Assembly (NCBI GenBank): GCA_905178155.1
Contig: CAJINV010000001.1
Coordinates: forward strand, 7,385,794-7,449,793
Source of the DNA: Amoebophrya sp. A120
Lineage: Eukaryota > Protista > Dinoflagellata
Length of the DNA: 64,000 bases
Reading direction: 5' to 3'
The translations under genes were made by a program, and so were the position numbers. Numbering within the stretch: the first letter of the stretch is position 1; each line of letters begins with the position of its first letter. This document shows positions 48,201 through 60,200 of the stretch, one piece after another. The notes beneath the pieces were generated by a model. It was given only the letters and a program-made list of their open reading frames with translations. It did no database searches and was not told the DNA's origin.

Positions 48201-51200
48201 TCCACGATAATGACTTTCTTTTCGCGGCCCTGAAACGCATCCACCGAGGACACCTCCACCGCGTCCCCGAGCGACGAGCTGCCCCCCGAGCTGGCACTCG
48301 CAGACTGCTGCCGCTGGTCCAAGTCGTCGTCAAAGTCGACGGACACGCCGCCATGGCTCGCCAGGCGTTCGCGCGCGGCACGCACCACGGCGCGCAACCC
48401 GGGCCCGAGAAACTCCGCAATGGAGGAGTGCGTGCGGTGCAGTTTCATGGCAAGCGAGGAGGACACGGGATCAGAGCTTCTGCCCGGCGCTGCGGCAACG
48501 AATTGTTCCTCGCTGGGAAGATGGCGCACCTTCACACCCGTCAGGGCGAAGAAGTCAGCGACACCGTTATGCGCGGCAAACTTGGGTCCAAAGCGGTTCA
48601 CATCCGGCAGGCGTATTTTCAGTTGCATCCTTCCGGCAGCGTCCGCCCACGCCGTCAGTACCAGTGCGGGCTCCAGCGGCCGGTCCGGCTGCAGTCGCGT
48701 GGGCAACTCGAAAGACGACAGGCTGCCGTCCGGCGAGGCGGTCCACTGGACCCACGCATCTCCTGCTTGCATTAGAGCCTCCGGCTCGCTGACTCCGGAC
48801 GATCCGCCCAGGCGGTCCGGATCAGAGCCCGGCCCCTGCCCCGGTCCCCGCAGAAAATACTTGCGCGCGAAGTAGATCATGAAGGAACGCTTCTGCTGCG
48901 CGAGGTGCTGATCCTTCGACAACCCCGCACCCTTCGTGGCGTAGTAGTAGCTGCTTCGCGGTGCGGATGCTTCAGCCTGCGCAGGGTCCAGCTTACGCAG
49001 TGCCTGCTTGTTCCCGCCACGCTTACGCGCCTTTTCGTACTCCACAGCTGCGGCCGCGTCCACCTGCATGGGGAGGCTCTGCTGTCGCGTGAGCAGACCG
49101 GCGGCCAGCTGGGCGTAAACCAGCTGCAGCAGTTGCGACCAAAGCGGACCTTCCCCCGAAGTAGATGGGTCCGCCTGCGCCGCGGCCAACTCCATTTGTG
49201 CCTTGTCATGAGCCTGAAACAGCCACTCACCGGCCGGCGACAAGGACAGCATTCGCGCGATCTGTGCCCAGCGCGCGGTTGCGCCGGCATCTTCTAAGTA
49301 CGGTGTTGTGACGGGCGATCGCAGAGCAAAATGCCGGCCGTCGGCATTCTCCTTCAGAAACAACGCAATCCAATCGTCGAAACTTCGGCACGATGGCTCA
49401 GGCGGAGCTCCCGCGTCCACGTCCATCGGGGCGGTGTAGCTTCTTCCACCTCTTCCCTGGGGTGATGCCGGTCGCGGCTCTCGCGGCTCCCCCGAAGCAA
49501 GGTCAAAATGCTCCACAAATCTGCGAAGCGCACTGAGGGTTCTGTCCTCCTGGTCCGCCGCATATGCATACCCGACGCGCCGCTCCTCGTCTTTTAAAGC
49601 GCGGTTCGCAGGCGAGATACCTGTTTCGTCGGGAGACTTCTTCAAGTGCGCGTAAATTTTCACTTCATATCTTTGCTTCGGCACCAGGCCCGAGACCTCG
49701 ACCTCAGCCCGTGGCGACGACTCCGTGGGAATGTAGTCGGACATCTTCTTGTTCCGCAGCAGCACATCCGGATCTTCTGAATCCCTTTCGCCTTTTCCCG
49801 CAAACTTGTTTTTTTCGTACCACGCGCGCATAAGCGAGCGACTCACGTCCAGCGGAACTCTGAGCCAGGGGCGTTCAGCCGCAGCCCCGCTCGTTGCCTC
49901 AAGTCCCCCGTTCAGAATGCTACGCGCGGCCTCGCTCCAAATCTTTCCGTCCACGCGAAGAGCCGTAACCTGCGCAACAATCGCCTTTGCAAGAGTTCGG
50001 GAAACGAAAACGCACCCGACCACCGGCCCAAACCGGACGTGCCGCGAAAGAAGATCCTCCTCCTGGAGGGGATGATGGCTGCTAGACGCCGGCGTGTCTG
50101 GCTGCCACTTGTAGCCGAAATTGTTCGGGAACAGACCGTCCAACCCCCCCGCGGCCCTGAAAAGATCCCGCAGGTGCTCATTCGAAGGCACGTGAAGCAG
50201 CTGAAACCCCGTAGACTTCGTCAACGTCGTGAAACCTCGGAAAGCATGAGTGACCCACACCGACGAGGAGGTGCCACTTCCGTCGGGGTGCCAATCCTCC
50301 GCAACGACGAGGTGGCTCGGCACGTGTAACTGCACACGGTCGGGAAAGGCGGCGTGTGTGCGCCCCTCATCCGCCACAATACTCTCTTGCAACCGTTGTT
50401 CCAGACTCAAAAGCGGTACACGGACCGGCTCCTGATCGCGCCTCTCATCCGGCGGCGGGTCCTGCCCCGGCGCGCGCTGATCGGCGAGACGCGGCAGAAT
50501 CCAGAGGCACCTCCGCAGCTTCTCCTGCACGCCGGTGCCGTCGGGCGGCGCGTTCTGCTTGCCCTGCATATAATTCCAGCACTCCTGCATTTCCGCGCGC
50601 GCCTGTGCCCCCTTCCTCTCCGCAAAGTGCGGCGAATACGCCCCACGGTCGATAATATGTTTTGCCAGTCCCCACGCAGTCACGCGTAGGTCCCAGGACG
50701 CGGAAAACACTTTTTGGTAGAAATTTTCGGCGTCGCCGTACTTTGCTTTGATTTTTTGGTCGACCGGTAGCGCCACGGAAAACCAGCTCTGAGCCTTCCC
50801 GGCGTCCGCCGTCCAGTCTGAGTAGAAGAAGCGGTCCAGCCACGCGCGTACATCTGGAAGCCGCTCGGTGAGCAACAGGTTCAGATCGGGGCCCAGAGGC
50901 GACGACGCCAGCGTCGGGGCCGCGGGGGCCGCCGCTTGATGGCGGTCCGCTTTTTGTTGTGCTTCTTCAACATGTACTGCTGGGTCGTTCGCCGCGGTGG
51001 AAGTTGCAGGTAGGTGCAGAAGCCACGGCCGGTCCTCGATCAGAGGCCGCAGCATCAGGTGGTCCACGCCCTGCATGAGATGGCGAAACGCACTGCTCTT
51101 CTCCTGGACTGCCATTTGCGCGACTACGTGGTTGTGCTGCTGCATGTGCTGGCTGATCATGATATCCCACGCGCGCTCAAAAAACTCAACTCGCGCTTGT

Positions 51201-54200
51201 GCCTGGTCCTCCGCAGACATCTTGGACCAGACCGAAAAGGGCTTGGCCACCAAATAGGCCGGCACTCCGCGGTCATAGTGGCGTTGCACGACCTTTCGCC
51301 TAGCCGCGTTCGCCAGGGGCGACGCAGAAGTCGTTCCTTGCTTTTTCCTATCAAATGTAAAAGTGTCTGGGTCTGGAAGAATGCAACTTGTCATGCTAGA
51401 TCTGAACCTTCGCTACCTGCCATACTCTAAAGGAGTTTTTTTCTGGCTTGAGGACCCCCTCCCACCCCCCCGATCTCGGATGTGCGTGAGCCCATAAAAG
51501 TCGTGAGACTTGGACATGCAAACTTGCGTGGGTGCTGCAGAGTCGCATGAAAAACAAAAAACTCTGAGCGGGCTGCACCACACATGCACGACCGAACGAG
51601 TAGGAAGTAATCGACAAGAGGCTGGAGCTAGAGGTGTGCGGCACCTCAGGTAACTTGCATTGGCGACAAGAAGATGAAATAATTTTGTTTTTTTGAATTG
51701 TCAGACATTTGCGTATTACGGTACAAAACAGGTCAGCACTACCTCGATTGCGGTGCTTGCAAAGCGAAGCGGTAGCTGTAAGATGGATTTTTTGTTTGTC
51801 ATCATGGAGCTCTAGTATGTCCACATGAGTGTCGCCGGATCTTAGGGCCCATCTATGCACCCGCCTGGTGGAGCACGCTGTGTGCTAGGAACGGGGCCGG
51901 GCATAAAAAGCGGGGTGCGGCCCCTTGAATTACGTGGACTTTTTTCATGTATGCAGCCAAAAACGTCGTGTGTATTGCGCGGGGTGAGTGGATGGAGTCC
52001 TTGGGTGCGGCCCGCTGGAAACCACCACAACACCCACCTTGGCGCTGGTAAACAGAAACTGGGCGCTTCCGGGTGCGGCCCTTCAGCAGGTAAATATGGC
52101 GGCTGCCTTCAAGAGTAGTAAAATGTAGGAGCTAAAAGCCAAGAAGTATCTGTCAAAAACCCACCCAGCTCAGCCCGTTGGCAAGACGGAAAAAAAAACA
52201 TCTGCCCCTGCAACCAACAAATGCGGGATCCGCCACCTAGCGCTACAAAGATTCCAGAAGTAAGCAAGACGACACGAGAGAAATAAAAGGGTAGAGACCT
52301 AGATCTACGTGGGAACACGTGGGAACGCGGGGGGAGCAGGGGGAGCGGGGACTTCCGCTACCGACAGCATCGGCAGCGAGGCCTAACGCCCCTCTGGGTG
52401 TGAGAAACGAGGGAGGCACCTATAGACAGTCAAAAGACCATCCAGGATTGAGGAAGTGAGATTGGTACAATAAAATGTGACCAGGAGCGACTTGTTAGGA
52501 ACACTCCAACAACCTCTACCTACCACTGCCCTCGATTTCACTAAAGAGAAAGCCGAAGCTGACTCACCCCGAGTACGCTTCCCGAAGTCAGCTCATCCGC
52601 CCGTTTCCAAGAGCTGACAACGAGGCAATGTCCTGAGGGGCCGTTGCGAACCTCCCCAATCCTGAACGTCATGTGGTTTCAGCTCTTAGAAACCGGCTGA
52701 CGAACGAAAACGCACATCTCTGTACCCAGTGGCAAGTACAAGAGAGGCAGGGACATAGGGAGCACCGAACCGCACATCCAACTCGACCCTAGGTAACCCA
52801 GAGATCCTAGTCCCGGGAATCTTGGGGACCACGCAACAGACGAGCGGCAAAACAAGGAAGGAAGCCACCACCAGCCAAGCAGCACGAGAGCGACAGCGAG
52901 GGGGTCTTGGCCGAAGCCGCTGACCCGGGAGCACCTCGCATGAAGCTCACACACCACAAGTCCCGGAGCAAGCTCCGATGGCGCCACCAACCCGTCTACT
53001 CACCCGAACGTGCAGGGGGCGACGACGCCGACCAAGCGAGAGCCTCACACAACGGGAATTTCCCGCAAGGCCTAATCGTCGACCTCGCTCACTGAGATGG
53101 AGGCGAGAACGGTCTCGGTAGGTAATCCAAAATGCGACCAGAACCAACCAACCGGACGCGGGAAGCGGCGACGACACACGCACTACGACGGGCCCAACAG
53201 ACACCTACCAGACTGACCTCCTCTATTTGGGAGTCCGCGCCAACTCTATTTGGTGGCGGTCGGGTCAGGGCTCAATTTGGCTCATCTGACTCAGTCTGGG
53301 GCGCGCTGTAGAAGGCAAGGCGCACATGCTAGATCTGAATTGAATTGAATTGAATTGAAGTAGCGACGCCCCCTGACGTGCCTCGGTAGCCGATCGCTCT
53401 CTGAAGCATGTAAAAATCTGTGTTGCATGATTACCAAAAGTCGTCCAGTTTTGACCAAATCGGGAGCGAGTTTCTCATGCAGGATAGGCATGAGAGGGAT
53501 CGCGCAGAATCTGTCATGCGAGGTCCTGCGTTCCAGACCTCACGGGTCATGGAAAAGCTGCATGACAAATCGCGCATTCTTCCAGACCCAGACATTTTTG
53601 CATTTGATATTTCCACGACTTCGATCCAACCATTTCCGCACTGAGCTGGGCGCCTCTGCGCTGCGACGCTGTGTAGTCCTGCACCGTTTTGGAGAACTCT
53701 AGCGCAAACTGCCACTGACGCCCGTCGTTCGTCTGTGTCAGTTGGTATATTTGCTCGACCAAAATGCGGACGAGAGAAAGCAGAAAGCCGGTGCCTATAG
53801 TCCGCAGGTACTGCGCGCTATACGCCAGCCTCCAGGCAACACGGCGCTCCTCCGACCCGTCAACGGTAGTGGGAAGCAGAATCGATTTCAGGGAACCCGG
53901 AACCCCCTCGGGCGCTCCGACCGAAAGCACCCGCGCGACGTCGTGTAATTCAGAAAAAGTTTTCAGAGTGGTCTGGGCCTGGGGGACACTCGTTTGTTCT
54001 GCGTGGTCTCCACCACCAATCACCCCAACGGGGTACTTGGGGACGATACCGCCTCGGCGTCGTAGTTCTTCATTCCCCTCCTGCTTTTTTGGTTCATATA
54101 CGTGAGTCTTCACTACTTCCAGGAGATCCTCGGTCAAAACAAGTCCCGAGTTTCTCTGTACCACCGTGGGGTTTGCGTGTGCTTTGGCCCTTTCGTGGAT

Positions 54201-57200
54201 GCAGTGGACAACCTATCCTCTGGAAGAGCCTTTCCCCCCTAGTTGTACGCTCAAGATTATTTCGATGCAACTTTGCGACAACTTCCGTGGGGAAGAATTT
54301 GGATGTAAAATCTTCCACCCCCTACTTTGAGGCGTGCAAAAACTACTTCCCAGCGTGAGTTGCGGGAGTCGTAGACAGCCTAGTAAAACGTGGCCAAGAT
54401 ACTTCGGAAAATCGGTCGCATCGCGTCACCATATGTTTTTTTCGTCGTCGCAAATGCAGCACGGCCGCAATGCGGCATACTTCATCCCAGAAGTCAAAGA
54501 ATAGATTGAAGAATGAAGTAGACCTTTTACATGCCGAGAGCCGAATTTCCGGCCACTACTTACAAGAATCGTCACACTTGCCGGTGCGTCAAGCACGCTG
54601 GCATACCCGACAAGCAAGAACATATCTTGGTGCGCACTTGAAAATAAGAATAGACACTGACAAATTACTTTCGCTATCTAGGGATCGGACAGCGTTCTCA
54701 CAGAGGATATGATTGCTAAAGCGTGAGATTCCAGCCACTCATCTGCCATTCTCTCTCCGTATGCCCCGATGTTCATAAGCAGCGGGTCGGTCAGCAGTGC
54801 GGGACTCGTCAAAATCAACTCCTGCTTGTAGCGATCTGGACGGCTGTCTCGGAAGGCGCGGTCATGCTTATAATCATGCATCCCGATGTAATCAGAAATA
54901 TCAAATGTAAAAATGTCTGGGTCTGGAAGAATCCGAACTTGTGATGCTGCATTTGGAACCCTGATGCTGCATTTGGATTCTAAAAAAATCTGTAATGCAT
55001 GAGTAGCAAAGGGAATGCAATTTTTGCTACGCGGATAGGGCATTTGTCATGCGCAATAGGCATCAAGAACCCCTCGAAAAAGCTGTGAAGCTACGGCATG
55101 CATCACAGACATCATGGCTCATGCAAAACGTGCATGAATCTTCCAGACCCAGATATTTTTGCATTTGATAAGAAACGGCGTACACCTTTATTCCCATGTC
55201 CTTTATAATTCCGGCACTCCACCAGTACCGGGCAGATAGACTGTCTGGCCAGGCTGCACCCGTTTCCGGGATCTCAAGCCGAATGTCATGGGTGTCGTTG
55301 GGACCTCCTCCGGGGCGTTCCCAATGCCACCGCTCATTCCATCGCGGCGTGCGAATGGCAGTCACGTGCTTCTCGTTCACGAGCACGTACGCTCCCCGTA
55401 GCAAGCCGTGATGAGGGCTACTCCACATCACGGGTGAGTGCCCGTCCATCATGTACAGCATTGCGTCCACTCTGACCTTGTAATGAAGCACTTTGCTCCT
55501 GCACGTCCTCGCATGACCTTCCACGGGATGATCTCGAAAGGTGCCGCCACCCGCTCCTGAAAACCGGCGATCGCGCGGAGCACGTTCGCACGAAGCTGCG
55601 ATGTGGTCAAACGAGTCTTCGGTGCTGCCCTTTCCTTCTACATCGCAAAACCCGTCATCTTCTGCTTCTGGCGCAGCGTCGACGCACTCGTAGTGTGCCC
55701 CCACCACGGTGCCTACAAAATCGCTATCGGATTCCTTAAAAACTGATAGTGCGTTCCGCAGCTTGAAGGACGGTACGACGCCGCTATTCCGTGAAAATTA
55801 ACCATCCCCATCCTTTTTGTGATGCAAAACATGGAGTTGGGTCCGCTTTTGTCACGCATGAGTACTCGACTGCACCACATTAAAAACCTTCCCACCGTCG
55901 CCGCAAGCAGCTACGGACGCAGGAGATCGAGGGCCAGAACCGCGAAAAACATTGCGAGTATATCTACTTCATCCCCGGACGCTTTTATATCATTTTGTCC
56001 ATCCCCGGTCGGCTTTTCTCATGCAAGAAGTGGACCTGCTCCCCTGCAAGAAATAGCAACTTACGCCACGACATCACCCACTCCGAAGAGCAACAAAACG
56101 GTCGAAGAACAACCCCTGATTCCGAATCGGCGTCGCTCATGCAAAACGTCGATGGGGATGGTTACTTAATTTCCAGGGCATAACCGTAGACAGGGTGTGA
56201 CTCCCACTCCAACTGCGAGGCTGCCGGCACCCTCTGCCCCTGGGCGGCGTGCGCGCTGCTCCCTCGCGTCGCGTCTATTCAGATGAAAAATGCCCCAAGC
56301 CCAGAACTTGGCAGCATTTGCATTCCGCAAACCTTTCCAATGGAAACATTCCCCGTCCTCCATATATCAGCATCACAAGTTTTCGATGCTGAATAGCTCA
56401 AATCTGTGTTGCAAAGGAACCCAACCGTAGCCGGATCTGTTATGCAAAAGATACCGTGCAAAGATAGATTCTGCATCAGAAAGGCAAAGGCTTTCATTTG
56501 AAAACTTTGCATGAGAAACACTTGTAAGTTCCGGGGTGGGAGCATTTTTCATTGTAATAGCGTCGTGCTGGTCTTCCTCCACCGCCGCTTCCGTGCGCGC
56601 AGCGGGAGATGAGGACGACGCGGCTGCTGGCGATCCTCCACTTCTACTTGCCCCACCATCGTGACTCATGGGATAGACTTCAGGCAGAGCAGCAGCAGCA
56701 GCCGCGGGCGTCGAAGGCCATTGGCGAAAGTTGATCCGCGCAGGGACGTGCACACGCACCAGCGTCCTGTGAAACTGCATGCCCGGTATGTACTCGACGT
56801 CCAGTGTCCACAAGAAAAAGCAGGCAGGGCATACTTTTGGATGCGAAAAATAACGAAGCGCGAGCCGATAGCGTGCTGCTTCGGATATGCGCTTTACAGA
56901 TTACACTTTTCCTGTGTACTTATGATTTCATATGTTGGCAGCTAAGTAGGCCCTGCCTGCTTTTTTCTGTGGGATATCAAGGCCGCCACGGAGCACCCAG
57001 TCCGGTAGGGAATCCAGAAAAACGTCCCCCAGATGGGCCGCCCACCCCCGCTCCGCACTATTGGGGTGCATGAGATCGGTTTCCAATGGAACTCGTAACA
57101 CGGCGTCGAGATGCAGGGCAAGTAGCCGGCAACCCACTGTAATGCGCGGGTGATTATAAAAGGGCGAGGACTTGTCGACACGGCGTATGGTCCCGTCCAT

Positions 57201-60200
57201 TGTCAGCAGCACTCCAAGATTTCGCTGCACCTTCCCCTGTGCGACGAAGGCCACGCGTTCCAACCGAGGCCGCAGAATGGGGAGAGTTGTCTCGTAGTCT
57301 TTCAATTCAGCGCCTCGCAAAACTTCTGCGGGCTCACGATCCAGGTTTCCACGCTCCGAAGCATCATACCCGCATAGTCGTGCGTCGCCCTGGAATCCAG
57401 GATCTGTAGGTTTACGTTATGACATATAAAAATAGTAAACAGATGATCGAAACAAGAGAAAAAGCTGCCTGCAGACACACGTGGTGCAGTGACGCTTGTA
57501 TTGTTCTTGTTCGGGGAAATTATAGTAAATTGATGTGAAGCAGTATGCTTGAAAAGAGATAACGATCATTGCCAAACGGTACTGTTCCTCAGACTCCGAA
57601 GGTCGTCTATCAGGTCCGAACCACCAGCGAATCGGGCCAGTAGGCGCTCGGGCACTGCCATCAGTGCCTCCACCACGTGATGATCATGCTCAAGCGCTCG
57701 GGTGGGATGCGTAGCGGCTACCTCGTCTCCGTCTTCGGGCTCTTTGTCTACTGCCTCTGAGGGGGCCCTGCCCTTGCTGCGCCTACTTGCTCTGCGTCCT
57801 GCTTTCTCCCAAGCAGCTGCTGTTACCGGTGCAGGGGCCGCCTCCGGAACCGTCGGTGCAACCGCGACGTCGTTCCGTCTCCCCTCCGCCTGCTGCACGC
57901 CAGGCAAAAGATCCAGTTTGTGGTTGTGGGCAGCGTGAAGCAGCCACTGGCCTTGTCAAGTTGAAAACAGCTACCAACGCAGCTTTCTTTTAAAAAAATT
58001 AGTTGAACTTGATGCTGCAAAGAACCCGATCAAAAAGCCTCTGGTCTATATCTATTCTCTCGCTGGCGCATAATGTATAGAAGTGCGCAGCCAATACAAG
58101 AATCAAAGTGCAAATGGACGCCTCGTGAATTACTACCGTTTCAGCTCGCTCCCGAGCTGCAGTCTCTTTGGAAATGGAGCAAGAAGAAAACTACAGCTAA
58201 GCACCTGCGATATCGGACTTCCTTTCCAGCCTATCCGTATGGCGGGGTTGGGAGTTTTCAACTGGATAGGCGAGCCAACTTCACATGCGCCACTTCCAGG
58301 TCGTCGCCTGAAAGCAAACTCGCATGGATCCAAAACCGGTCCACCGGATCGGCGTGCGCTGTTGGCGACGAACCACCTGGCGGGGGCACCCAATTCAGAA
58401 ATTCGGCGTCCACCTCGAGAAATGGCCCCGCCTTGTATAGCTGTCGCACATGGTAACGCAACGACATGGCCACCCCCAGGTGGCTCCCCTCTCGTCCCGG
58501 AGTCGTGTGCATCTGTTTTGCCGAGGTTTCCACCGCTCGCTCCACTTCCTCCTGTGGCACAGCACGAAGCACCCCCCCGAGCAACGGTAGGGAGGGACCC
58601 AGCGGCCCCCACTCAATAGTCACGGGGACAAGATTCGACTCGGCCGCCTCGCGAAAGCCGTGCTCGCCTTCGAATTCACCCAGGGTCAACGGCGCGAAGA
58701 ACCCTGGAGCATCCAGAACTGCCTCCGGACCAGCAGCAGCAGGCTCCTCGTCCCCATGCGGAACCGACCGGAATACCCCCAGAAAGAATCCGTCAGGCAA
58801 GATGGGGTCGGCACCTTCGTGGTCTGCATCATCGTGCAGCACCCGCGGGAACAGATTTGCGAGGCGTACCTCGCTTCGCCGCAAGTCCAAAAAGCTCCTT
58901 TCGGGATGCACATTCCCGTCGTACTGCTGTCGCAACTCGTGATCCAGATAGACAGAATTCGCCTTGTCCTCCGGCCACCAGAGCCGGCCTCCAATCCACT
59001 CGGACCCTGGACTAGACACCGACGACGGAAAACTTAATTCCGGCCTCGGATACGGCCACTGCATGATCTTGTCGTGCACAATTTCGAAGAGTTGTCCTGG
59101 TTGAGGCCGAGAACTCGCTCGCACCTGGGCAGCTGGAAGGTGGTGCAGGCTTTGTTCCCTCACTGCGTTGAAGTACTCATACCAGGCCCTCGGCAAGTGC
59201 TGCCACTCTTCACGAGGCAGAAATAACTGTTCCACCGCGAGTTCGATGCCAGTGCGTTCGCCGAGGCCAGTTTGTTCACCGTACAGAGGCTCTCGTGGTC
59301 CCGTCCTGGACATAGTGGCTTCGATTTCAGACAACGCATCCGAGATCTCATTGTAGAGAAATACAAACTCACTAGCCTGATTTCCTTTAACAAGCAAAAG
59401 GGAGCACTTCGAGGTCATCAGAAAACCGTCGCTCTCCGGTAAATTGGCCACCGCGAGGTTTGCGTGGCTCAAGTAGCTGCTAGCTTTGCGCACGATGTTC
59501 GAGAAGTTCGAGTTATGCCATGCGGTAAACTTCAACAACAGCCGGGCCTTGAGTTTGGACAGCGCCGGCTCCACTTGCTTGGGGTTCTTTCGCGCGCTGC
59601 GTCGTGCCGTGGCCAGGTGCTGGCGCTCTTGCGCCTGGCGCTCTTGCTCCTGATACTGTTCCTGTCGGAACAGAGAACTGTAGACGGGGCCGGAGACCAT
59701 GGCGGAAAGCATTCCCGGCACTCCGTGTTGCCTGTGCACGCGCACGAGGTCGGCATAGTTGACCTCTCGATCCGGGTGGAAGTGGAGCTCCCTAGTATCC
59801 GAGAAATTCGCTTCGACCCGGGCCTTCAGCTCTGCGAGGATGCGCTGCCGCTCGGACTCGTTCGCGATTTTGTCACGCAGAGCCAAGAGGGTAGCACTAG
59901 TCTTGCCCTCATCGTCGTTGGCGAAGAGCTCAAACACCAAAAAGTGGACCCAGTGACGCAGCGACGCGAGCGCTTCCCGGGTTCGCTGCGTGAGTGCCAG
60001 AAACGAGTTCCGGACCCGCAGCCGCCCTTCGTCGTCGGCAAATGCGACACCCTGCTGCACGTGCTCCAGAAAAGCTGCCACACGGTCTTGCCACGGACGA
60101 AGCACAATCTTCTGGAGGCGGGGAAAAACCGGCGCCAGCAGTTCCTTGGCAGCGAGCATCATATTATTTCGCTGCGTTTGCTCTCGAGGAAAAAGTTCGT

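Larger units (their letters stand above)
51349..53609. mobile_element. Family-A introner (2261 bp; 262 bp without nested inserts), TSD TTTCC
   Basis: TIR TATCAAATGYAAAARTGTCTGGGTCTGGAAGAATGC, perfect TSD at 51344-51348 and 53610-53614. Removal gives GSKSWK-KQGTTSAS. Confidence 0.93.

Noticed and set aside
52599-52697. GTTTCCAAGAGCTG resembling a Cas9 CRISPR repeat/anti-repeat
   Set aside because: Only one inverted pair, no spacer array, no cas gene, eukaryotic context.
52697-52709. Hammerhead-like core CTGACGA..GAAA (also CTGACGA at ~15962)
   Set aside because: No room for stem II at the first site; no stem II or GAAA at the second.
53271-53284. ATTTGGCTCA as a relic dinoflagellate spliced leader
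   Set aside because: Short imperfect match, part of a local repeat, and not upstream of a gene.
14687-55170. Recurring peptides [17 protein letters not shown] and LPDPDIF in many ORFs, as a repeated protein domain
   Set aside because: They are translations of the family-A TIR, not coding sequence.
59890-59915. DDEGKTS as the Walker A of the giant protein
   Set aside because: Lacks the GxxxxGK[TS] spacing and the preceding beta-strand context.
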